Origin: Eledone cirrhosa
Lineage: Eukaryota
Assembly: GCA_964016885.1 (NCBI GenBank)
Contig: OZ024745.1
Span: forward strand, 40,920,001-40,984,000
Direction of reading: 5' to 3'
DNA length: 64,000 bases
Made by a program: the position numbers and the translations under genes. A model generated the notes under the pieces. It was not told where the DNA came from, did no database searches, and saw only the letters and a program-made list of their open reading frames with translations. Below, one piece after another: positions 52,839-64,000 of the stretch. The first letter of the stretch is position 1. Each line of letters opens with the position of its first letter.

Positions 52839-52880
52839 TGCAGACACTAATGTTTCTGGGTATCACCCTTCATCAGTACA
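52839..52880 (-). ncRNA. Compact type I hammerhead motif
   Basis: UGUA-CUGAUGA-A-GGGU-GAU-ACCC-A-GAAAC-AUUAGU-GUC-UGCA; all three helices pair. Confidence 0.7.
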
Positions 52881-53433
52881 TATTATTAAAAATATTATAG
52901 ACAGTCTCCAAAACTGTCTAGTTGTTACCAGGGGATTGCCCAAGATAGGTCTGTTATTTTTCTTAATTTAATTTAATATTTAAAATTAAGTCTAACAAAC
53001 CATATTGCTGTAGTTAGTATTTTATCACCCTAGCAAGCTTGGTTCTTACGATTCGAACACATGTATGTTTATATCAGTGTTCATATCTCTTGTTTATACA
53101 ATTATATTGTACGGCTCGGAAAAGCTTTTTTCTTAGAGCTATTTAGTTTTAAGAGACTACTCTGAGTTTCTAACTCACTATATATATATATATATTTGCA
53201 TACACATATCCAAACAACATTTGAGTGTCGCAGCCGTCAACATCTACGCACTAACAAGTGAAGAAACAATAGAACAAGTCTGTCTGAAAGTCAACTAAAT
53301 GTCATAACAGATGAGACTCGGTTGTAATTAGTCAGTCAGATTCCTGGGATTATGCAGATAAATATATATGCACAGACACGCACACATACACAAACGCGCG
53401 CACACACACGTATATATATATATATATATATAA

Positions 53434-53648
53434 CCGTCGATCAGTTTTCGTCAAATCGGACCGAGGAAACAATGCTCCAATAGTCTTTCCAATTGCTAAT
53501 ACTATTTATCGGTCGCAGTTCCAGATAAGAGGAGCAAGTGAAATAAAATGTCTTGCTCAAGAACATAACGCATCAACCGGTCCGGGAATCGAACTCACAC
53601 CCTCATGATTGCGAATCCAATTCTCTAACCACTCAGCCACGCGCCTTC
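53434..53648 (-). mobile_element. tRNA-derived SINE (family B, CORE-like body)
   Basis: Minus strand box A TGGCTGAGTGG, box B GTTCGATTCC, then GTTCTTGAGCAAGACATTTTA. Confidence 0.8.
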
Positions 53649-53904
53649 ATATATACATGTATGCATAATAAATGTATGTATGTGTTCGTGTGTGTGATTT
53701 GTTTCGTAGGAGTCAATGGGTGAAGTCATGGTACATGTAGTCTACTATCGAGTGAGAATCCTAGAGTATTAACCAAAATTGTCAAAAGTGTATTTCTTTA
53801 TTACAGGCTCTTCAGGTTCGTTTGTAACTTTAAAACAATGATTGAGATGGTTACATATGTGTTGGAAGGGCGAGAAAGCGCTGATATATATAGAAACATT
53901 TCTG

Positions 53905-53947
<43 letters not shown>

Positions 53948-53950
<3 letters not shown>

Positions 53951-54340
53951 GAAGTTATACTTAAATTGTTGGGATACAACAAGCAAATATTTTTATAACT
54001 GATATAAAGCACTCAACAAATTATTGGAGTAAAAATACGATATATTAACAAATGGAAACTATATTTATAAAACCATATTTATTTCATTATACATATTTCA
54101 AGGACACCAAGTCAAATTATGGTGGGCTTTCATCAGATAAAATATAATATAGATCAGTTTTATAAATATTCTATCCGGGAGCTTCCAACAGAAATGGTCG
54201 CATTCTTTAACGGTATGTCAATATTTATTTATAAAACTGATCTATATTAAATTTTATCTGATGAAAGCGCACCATAATTTGACTTGGTGTCCTTGAAACA
54301 TGTATAATGAAATAAATATGGTTTTATAAATATAGTTTCC

Positions 54341-54342
<2 letters not shown>
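53948..54342 (-). mobile_element. Fold-back mini element (arms 54052-54168 and 54226-54342) with an HHR in each arm
   Basis: 117-bp inverted arms with a 57-bp spacer; minus-strand tail has the bulged hairpin at 54011-54030. Confidence 0.88.
54251..54313 (+). ncRNA. Type I hammerhead motif (mirror copy on minus strand in the left arm)
   Basis: Helix I AUUUUAU/AUGAAAU, CUGAUGA, helix II AAG..CACCA/UGGUG..CUU, GAAA-C-AUGU-AUA. Confidence 0.75.
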
Positions 54343-54377
<35 letters not shown>

Positions 54378-54380
<3 letters not shown>

Positions 54381-54577
54381 TTTTTCTCGCCTGTCAGTTC
54401 TTTCGTTGCTACGGTACCCGCGGCTGAATTACCGGTCGCTATCTTCAATTTGCAAAGTACTTTAAACGGAATGTTATTACTCTAAGATGTTATACCTTAT
54501 CGAGTGCTTGGCTGAACTTCTGATGGCATTCGTTGGCTTAGCTGCGGCTCGAGCTTCGACTATGCTGTACTTCCATT

Positions 54578-54580
<3 letters not shown>
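54378..54580 (+). mobile_element. PLE-type 3' tail fragment, same family as 17385-17523
   Basis: Aligns to the minus strand of 17385-17523; bulged hairpin at 54479-54505; ends in (TA)n. Confidence 0.65.
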
Positions 54581-54655
<75 letters not shown>

Positions 54656-55290
54656 AAAGAATAGAGGTGTAACACGCGAGTTATGATATATTGGTAAAAG
54701 GAAAAGAAAATGCTGACAAATTGTTCCCAGTGAATTGTTCACTGGGAACAATTTGTCAACATTTTCTTTTCCTTTTACCAATATATATATATATATATAC
54801 GTATGTATACATATATAGTTATAAAGAGGAGGAGCGACAGAGAGAGGAGTAGATAGATAGATGGATAAATAGATAGGTAGATAGATAAATAAGTATCCAA
54901 TATATTTACTGAGAAAATGATGTGTCACATGGCCAAATATGTTTCAGAAGATAAAGAAATATGTCGAAATGTTAATTGTTAGTTGGGCAGAGTGTTGTAT
55001 ACGATATTAATAGAATGGAATGTAAAAATATTTTCAGGATACTTATAACACGAAAGGTAGAAGGGTGGAAAACACGTGATGGAATATAAGAGTATGTGTT
55101 TCTGTTTAGGTAATGGAAATGAACAATTTATTAGTTTCTAATGCCCCAGGCTAGGGAATTGTGTAATAGGAAATTTCTTTAAAACATTGTATTCGTGTAA
55201 ACAATAAGAGTAAAGTTAATAAATGGCCTACGTGGATTTATATATATATATATATGTCTGTGTGTGTGTGTTTCTGTGTGTGTATTATAA

Positions 55291-55384
<94 letters not shown>

Positions 55385-55549
55385 TGATGTTAACGAATGA
55401 GAGCAATATTCTTCCATACATTAGAGGACTGCAGTAGTAATTTATTTGGGATGATCCTTATTTGGGATGATCCAGTTGCCTGTTTCTCTGCAGTCTCCTC
55501 GCCATATGATTGGTTTCTCAGTCCTAAAAGTTGACCATATTATTCAAAA

Positions 55550-55960
55550 TCTAGAGACATCATGAGGTTTTCAATGGAATCACCGTATATGATAAAATAT
55601 TAAGCCTCGAGGCTAATTTGAATGCATTGGAGAAAACTAGTACCAGATTTTTCCAGGTAGAGCATGATGACATGAATATTGTTCGGTAGATATATACCAG
55701 GTGAGTTGTTTTAGATTAAGACATTGTAGAAATGGTGGTTCGCTGAGCGTCGCAATTATACATAAATGACAAACATTCCGAGGAATCAGATAGCATATCT
55801 CGCTATTCTGTAAATATTTTTATCAATTGAACCCCGGATTTCCAACTGAATATAATTTCGGTGAAATTCTGTAAGGATCCACTTCTTATTTTCCCCAACT
55901 CTACCTGATTTCTTCACAATGATGCAAGACCACACATTTGAGGGGAGGGAGACATCAATT
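55550..55960 (-). pseudogene. Possible Tc1-like transposase relic
   Basis: Minus-strand fragments in the expected order: VSLPSNVWSCI, IRGSIDKNIYRI, IFM.., (P)IENL; heavily decayed. Confidence 0.35.
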
Positions 55961-57039
55961 GTTTCAACCCCCAAAGCTGAGAGCCCCTTTTGTTTTATCG
56001 ATCCGGAACGAATGCAATGCAAAAATAATTCAACAGGATTCCCTGTCGCACCGTAAATAGTCAGTCAAAAATCAATCTGGCGTTTTTTATTTTCTCTTTT
56101 ATAATTAGATATTCATATCGAATCATTAAGTTATTTGAATGTGTGCATGGATTTTGGTTTCTTTGGATTAAAATAACTATTGTTTTGCATGACACTGTTA
56201 TGCAATAAAATGTTCTTTTCTTTTGTATTTTGCTCCTTGGAGTTCGAATGTGTAAGTTTGCCTTGTATATTATTATTCAATTCAATTCAGTACATATTTT
56301 CTCTTGGTTAGTATTTTTTCATATCGCCTATTCTGTGCTATATTGTTATTGTCTTCCGGAATTGTGCAGATTCGCTTACCGAAGTTTTATTTTGTTGGAT
56401 GATGTACAATTTAGGTATCGTCGGGAGTGAAAAGTTTGGATGTATGTAAAAGTTTCTAATTTTGTGGAGGTTTATTTTTTCGATACTGAACTCCACAGCT
56501 TTTTACTACTTAATTTCCTGGCGAATTAGCTGTGGGTATTGACATTATTGATGACAGTTTGAAAGCTGTTTCGTTCATCAAGATTTGTTCTTTCATTACA
56601 TAAGACAGCCCTTCAGGACTCTTTTCTGGTTTGTTATATATAACAGCTGAATTCATCACTATAAATATTAAAAGATTGCTCGTATCCCTTGACTAGTTAG
56701 CCATACATTAGGGTAACATTATTCACATGGCTATTACTAATATTTGTCGGTAATCTATTTCCTCGATCAGGAAATTATTGTTTTATTTTAATATTTTGGA
56801 TATCCATCAACGCGGTCTGGTAAATCATGAGAAAATTAATCTAGGTATCATTTAATAGCATCGCTACTGTAAAAGAATACAATGTCCCTCGAAGTGATGT
56901 GGATATTATCATTTACAATAATTGGTAAATATCCAAGGATTCATCTTGGCAATTCTGTTCTGCTAGAGAATACATCGTTAATCTCCAGAAGCCGATCACA
57001 ACAGTATCTCCTGATGTACACGAGTTTGCATCTGGAAGG

Positions 57040-58001
57040 ATTAACTAACCTCTCTGATGCTGAGGTCACAAGAGCAGTTCAATAGCTCAAATGTGACAAG
57101 GCCGCTGGGGAAGATAGAATTTGCCAGAAATATTAAATAGAGACTCGTGTTTGCCGAGTTGCCTGAATCTTTGGAAAGGCACCTAAGCCATGACAATCAT
57201 GAGTGATAATCCTAATTTTGAATAAGGGATCTCCTTGTTAATCCTCCCCGGTAAAGTGTCTGGCAAATAGATGTAGGGGGATTGTTGTGCCCATGAATAG
57301 TGTGGTCTTCGCCACGGATGCAGCACAACCGAGAAAATATTCAGAGACATGTCATTGAGAAATCGTAGGAGTATTGCCAAGAGATGAATGGTTGATTCGC
57401 AGACCTCGCGTTCCGCGGGCATTGCCGTGGAAAATCTGCAGCAGAATAGGATCGATGGACAGTTTCTGGTTGCCCCTATGCCTCTTTACGAACGCCCTAG
57501 GTTTTAGTTTGGATATATGGTACTAAGTCAAAACCATTGAATATGAGTGACAGCCAAGGTCACGTACTGTCACCATTCTTGTTTATAATTTCCATGGACA
57601 GAATGACATGCTCAACCGAATTGCAAACGGTATTAAGAGTAGAAGGGTTGAAGAATATATCGGCTGGAATTTGCAGATGACAAAGTATTTCTTCACTCAT
57701 CAGAAGGTGATCTCCGTCATCGACTGGAGAGGTTTGATGCGATGTGTTGTACGACAGGGATGAAAATATATGCTGCAAACTCTGAGACACTCGTCCTCTC
57801 AAAGAACCCTGCGTAGTGCGCTCTATATGTGAAAGGAGTTCTACTGAAATAGTTGGAGTAAGTCAAGTACATCGGCGCTGTTTTCATAAGTAGTGAAGGC
57901 AGGAGCTGATTCCGTATTCAGAAGAATGGAGGTAGGTTTAAATGCCGAACTCGTTATCTTCAATTCAGTGTTGGTGCCAACCCTTCCTTAGAGTCATGGA
58001 A
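57040..58001 (+). pseudogene. Decayed RTE-type reverse transcriptase fragment
   Basis: EVTRAVQ*LKCDKAAGEDRI, GISLLILPGKV, CGLRHGCSTT, QGHVLSPFLFIISMDR, KYIG, IFNSVLVPTL, with stops and frameshifts. Confidence 0.8.
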
Positions 58002-58027
58002 TTTAGATAGAAGAAGAAGAAGAAGAA

Positions 58028-58059
<32 letters not shown>

Positions 58060-58563
58060 AGAAGAAGAGGTATTGTCTTTCAATCTTCTGCCAGGAACAC
58101 TACAATAACAACACAAGCGTGATCTGAGAGCGTCAGTAAATTCGCGATCTGTGTACAAGATAAATTTTATTCGTTTCCCAACATCATTAAACTGGTTCCT
58201 ATTGAAACCAGATATGGTACCTCTATAACCACACGTGGTAAACATAACACTTAAGAAATACAAATGTAGATATGAAAAGCTATCTACAATAGAAATTGTG
58301 AGTACAAAAACAAATTTCCTAATCACAATTCATTCTGTAAACTACGTTCAAATATGTGTATGGACTCATTACTATTCGTCGTATACAGTAGATTTCGCAT
58401 ATATAAATAATTCAATAGATGCCTGTTTAAATCTTTTTTTTATTTTTCCTACATAACGGGATTTGTACAGAATTTCCTAACCTTTTAACATTTACACTAT
58501 TCATATATATATACAGACACATATACAGTGACACACCGACTTATATACACACAATATATAATC

Positions 58564-58709
<146 letters not shown>

Positions 58710-59120
58710 GCTTTATATATATATAAAGCTGTTCTTACTACTTAAGGTTGTCACCGGAAAATATCGTAAAATCTAGATTGAAATACAGAAACAGAACCAT
58801 ATATATTGATTAGATGTGTTTGCGAAATATTTTATAGCATGGAAAATATTTTTGAAGAAGTACAAACATCTACCCTGAAAACATTCCATTTTTGAGACAT
58901 TTTTCTAATACCATGATAATATTGATAAAGCTTATTCTACACGAAATATAAATAACGGCAAATTATTATGAGTCTATAACAGTTCCTATACAAGTTAGTT
59001 TTATTCATGATGTTAGCATATTGATTATACTTTGAAAGAATCTTTTATATTAATGTATATCTCCATTGTTCTCATTCTACCTATCTCTCTCACTCTCTTT
59101 CTGTCTCTGTCTCTCTCTTT

Positions 59121-59198
<78 letters not shown>

Positions 59199-59209
59199 CA
59201 CACACACAC

Positions 59210-59258
<49 letters not shown>

Positions 59259-60432
59259 ATTCTATTATTTTACTTGATCCAACCAACGGTCTGACGCCAT
59301 GCTTAGGCGCCACAATTGTTACTACACCTTATATAACCATACTTTAGTGTTTTGCCATTCAGGAATGAATGAGTTTAGTCTACTACACTCATCTATGTGT
59401 CTTTCAATACAGAAGTAAGTAAATATATATATATATATATATATACATATAGGGGAGGAAGGGTCTGCGTTTGTGTATATTATACATGTAGCTAGTTATG
59501 ACTGGATTCTTATGAAAGGCAACTTGGTACGTAATTAAATTTATGTTTATTTATTGACGGCATTTAAGGTACATCTCCCTTGAAATGATATAATATAAGA
59601 TTATAATCCAATTTGCTTTCACACTTTTCGAGGCCAATAAAATAATATAGATATTCAGGACACCGGATTGGCTGAATTATTAGTTTTGGACGACATTTCA
59701 TGTAATATTTGTCCATTCATGTTGTATTCTTTTTTGAAATCCCTTAATGGCCTATTTGGATGGTAAATTTAATCCATCATTCCATTTAATAGCACCATTC
59801 TGGAACTTACACTGTACCAAGCCTTGGAGGCTCCGAATGTAAATATAAGATTATGGAATATGTACTTCCTTCCATGACTAAGCCATAGTTATTTTATTCA
59901 TGATACAGATAAAGGCTATTTTTTAATGCAATATTTTGCCGGTGCTGATAATGGTGAAATCTCTATTAAAACGTGATATTTGATAGTTGGGTGGCTGGGT
60001 TTATTATGTAATAGTATTGTTGATTTCCTCATTAATCTGCAACTTATTGTACAGCTGTTCTTTATAATGTGGCATGATTTCATTGTCGACTTTATTGTCT
60101 GTTATCGTGACAAAAGTATCCTTTTCTGCTGTGGACTGGATGCATACACACACACACACACACAAACACAAACACACAAACACACACACACACACATACA
60201 CACTTGAGAGAAGAATGAAGCCCATAGGATGGCAGTTCTAATATGACACACATTCCAAAGACGTTTAAAATACTTTGCTGAAATACAAAACAGCAATATT
60301 GTGTTAACAAACTTTCTCAAACGTGAGTGCCAACTATTGTTTGATAATAGAGATTAAATTGATAATGATGATGACGAACATTTAATTCTGACAATATAGC
60401 TGTCATCATTATTATTATTATCTTCATCATTA

Positions 60433-61597
60433 TCTATACATATATATAAAACTGATGTTGTCTGTGTGTGTTTCCTCATTTTTGCAAAGTCTATACAAAT
60501 CCACATTTCTACTCCGATTGACTTCAAACTTGCATTTATATATTCCTTGCAGTCTAAAGATATTAACTGCAGCTTTTATTTTTCAATTTTCTGTTGTTAA
60601 ACGGGTGTTAGGCGCTGGTTATCGATCTCCGTACCGCCCTTATAATATCTGTCTGTTTGTATGGCTGTCTGCATTACGACATTATGACAAACATTGATGA
60701 CGTATTATGTTCGCTATGTTCCGTTCATTGCCAGGGAACGTCTTCACGAACCAACGTATCGTCTTCCTGTTTTCCTTCGGTTACAACGTTTTTCGAAATA
60801 TTTACTTCTGCGTTCACAGATTGATTTTTTTTTAGTTTCAGAAGATCCCGTTAAGGGTGAAAGCAGCGATTCTTTGCTTAAACTTTAATATGTTATTTTA
60901 ATATATAATATAAGCGAGGCAAGCCAGCGCAGTTGCCACTTCTTGCCAATAAACATTAACCCTTTTTGCGCCATTCATCCAACTGTAGACCAACAAATAC
61001 CAGCTAAACGGAGCGTTGACAAGAACGATGGCGAATGATTCATCGAGGTAAGCAGTTTCCGCCGGAGCTGTTAGTTCACGCGATATTTTCTGCTACACCT
61101 TTTCGTAATAATACCGAACAACGTACTACTGGTCACTCCTTCCTCCAAAAGCCGTACAAAGCGTACATGTGCATCGGGCAGATGGATCGGGTGCAAATCT
61201 ACACCAGGCCTACTCGAGAAATTCGCAAGGGACTGCACCGAGAGGGATAGAAAGAAAGAGTAACTTAGTGGAAAGAGTGCGAATGGACTTTTCAGGTAAG
61301 TAGCCTACGCCTTATTGCTATTGCACTGGAACCTTCTGCCAACTTAACCTGTGATGTTCTCTTTCACATTTACTCCAATAGGCCAAAACAGAGGAGTATG
61401 AAAAAAAGGGCTCAACAATATTTCTATGAACAATGTACGTAGACAGCTAAACTGTACTTTCAACTTCTTAATTTTCTCCAAATAAAACAAGTTTCCTGTC
61501 GGTATATTTTCTTGAGTTTTTAACAGGCACTCACGTTTCTCATTGGAAGTGCTATTACAAATGTTCTTACCCGTGCAACGCCGGGATACACTGCTAG
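60433..61597 (+). mobile_element. Non-autonomous Helitron
   Basis: 5' A|TCTATACATATATATAAAA; 3' hairpin CCCGTGCAACGCCGGG about 10 nt before CTAG|T; A-T target and no TSD. Confidence 0.8.
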
Positions 61598-62139
61598 TCC
61601 TTATTAAAATCGTAATCATCATCATTAATACCGTTATTGTTATCAACACCATGATAATTATCAGTATCGTGGTCATGATGATGACGATTATCATTACCAT
61701 CATCGTCATATGTATCGTTATCAAGGACATTTTATTGATCACTAACATCTGCTCCAAATCTATCATCAACGCCATGACCAACATTATCATCATCAACAAT
61801 AACTACACCATCATCATCGTAAACGTCAACGGCATCATCACCTTTACTATATCACTCATCATTAACGTCATAGACATCAACATAATCATCATCCTAAACA
61901 TCATTTACACCAACGCCACCACAACAGCCCCTACCACCGACAGCCACAACACCAACAATTACAATAAAATCCATAGTTATCTGTCGGGGTAGCAAGCAAT
62001 ATTATCAGAGTAGAATTAAATTGAGATGTGCACCGCAATATCTGTCTGTTACACTCCACAAAATATTTGGCACAAGCCAGACATTTTGAGTTAGTTATTA
62101 TCAACTACATTTAATTTTCGATTACATAAACACGTACCA

Positions 62140-62202
<63 letters not shown>

Positions 62203-62225
62203 TATATATATATAAATATATGGAT

Positions 62226-62311
<86 letters not shown>

Positions 62312-62610
62312 GTGTGTGTGTGTAATAGTTATGTGCGCTTATTTCTATCCCATTAGGTGTATTTATCTTTTGTCTTCTATATTTCTATCTTCTATCTTTC
62401 TATCTTTCTAGAAATGTGTCTTTCAGTCTCTCATCTTCTTTACTTCTATATGTTTTTATTTTGTTTTGTATTTCGACGAGCAAACCGAAAACAGTAGGTC
62501 GATAAAATAACTAAGTAAAGTTTGCTTGCGAAAAACAGGAAATACAATTTGAGTTGTATTATCTGGCTCAGTATACCTAAACATCTTCAGAGTTTTCTAA
62601 TTAAGTGACG

Positions 62611-62661
<51 letters not shown>

Positions 62662-64000
62662 TGTCTGTGTTGTCTGTATGTGTATGTGTGTTTATATGTG
62701 TGTGAATACGTATAAGTAGTATATATGTATGCGTGTATATGTATATTTATATATGTGTGCGTGTGAAGTGTATAATGGTGAGACAGTATAGGAATTAATG
62801 GTGTTCTTAAGAATAGTAAAAATAACAATTTTGTTAGGATTTGGAAAACAATTCTCTCCTGTCTTTCACTTTTATTCTCCTTCTCGTTTTCTCACTTTCT
62901 CTTTCTCTGATTCTCTTATTCGGTCTTATTCGGATTCTCTCACTCTGCGTCTGTCTATCCTTTCAATCTCTGCATCTACATCTATTTTCTCAATTAATCA
63001 CAATATATATATATATATAGAGAGAGAGAGAACACGTATATATTGCTGGAACTACTTAATTCGCCGTATTCAGCATTATATGATAAATACTGTGTACTGT
63101 ATGGTAATGTTCTACCTCCGAATGTTAAATAGACTAGCGTCAACAACGACACAAGTAAGAGACAAAATAATAATTAAAATAAAACAAAGATTAAAATGGT
63201 ACTGTTTTCTGTTTTTAATATTAAATAAGTTTTAATACAATTAGTTTAAATTCCTTCAGTGAATTAAGTATGGCAAAGTTGAGATTTGAAGTCTTCAAGT
63301 GACATTGGCTTTATCATATCAACGATTAAACGGTCTAGCATGACAGAAAATGTGTATTTGTCTTCATATGTTCAATGCAATATTTTCTTCTATATTAACA
63401 ACAATCCAGTTTCTTCCACCAAAGTTTATCCTGGTTTATTGGACCACAAATGATCAACCTGGTCTTTGGCTTTTTTAATTCCATTCGTCTTTATGTGCCA
63501 GAACATATTCTGTACTCTGGCCTTTCATTTCAATAAAATCACAGATATGATAAACGCATTATATATATATATATATATATAAAGAGAGAAAGAGAGAGAG
63601 AGAGCGAGAGGGAGAGAGAGATGGATGTAGTACCAGCGGGAATGGTAATTACGTAAAGTATGTTTCTAGTTAGAAATATTCAAAAACAGGTTTCACTTCT
63701 TAGTTAAGTCAAATTTATTTTATTTACTATGTCAAGCTTGAATAACAATTGTAAATAATAATTCCATTCGTAACCCATTCCATTCTGTAAAATTTGTTAA
63801 AGTGGCTTCGGAAGAAAGAAATTCAATAATGTTTGTACTTTATCCTGCAGTCCAATTAATTGCTTTTACATGAGCTGAGTTCAACCTGGTCATTTGCAGT
63901 TCAGTCTGCTGTCTCCCTGTCAGTTTACTGTTCGCAATGATGTCTACTTTAAGTAGAAAAGCTTTATACTGCAGGATGATAAAGAGATGTTTGGTAATGT

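Noticed and set aside
63280-64000. Possible transposase relic or exons at the window end
   Set aside because: No motif could be assigned; frames are interrupted.

Overview
AT-rich, microsatellite-saturated eukaryotic DNA. The SINE and LINE content looks most like a cephalopod (Octopus-like) genome; this is an inference. No host protein-coding gene can be supported, and nearly all long ORFs in the track are simple-repeat artefacts. Recognisable mobile elements: one intact RTE-clade LINE (APE+RT, 39.1-42.5 kb), a decayed Penelope-like element (PLE; RT + GIY-YIG, 34.3-38.5 kb), a Chapaev3-like DNA transposon with TIRs (11.26-13.05 kb), a non-autonomous Helitron (60.4-61.6 kb), about 20 tRNA-derived SINE copies, several LINE/Tc1-mariner relics and a 78-bp minisatellite. 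The main signal is non-coding. At least 8 sequence-unrelated families of short elements sit in (TA)n tracts and share one architecture. Each has a type I hammerhead ribozyme (HHR) motif, often with a palindromic helix III loop, and is usually arranged head-to-head (fold-back), up to a 334-bp spacer-less palindrome. Most also carry a conserved, co-varying bulged hairpin (RCTC-stem-TN-GAGY) located just where the shorter inverted arm stops. All RNA structures were folded by eye and need computational and biochemical confirmation.
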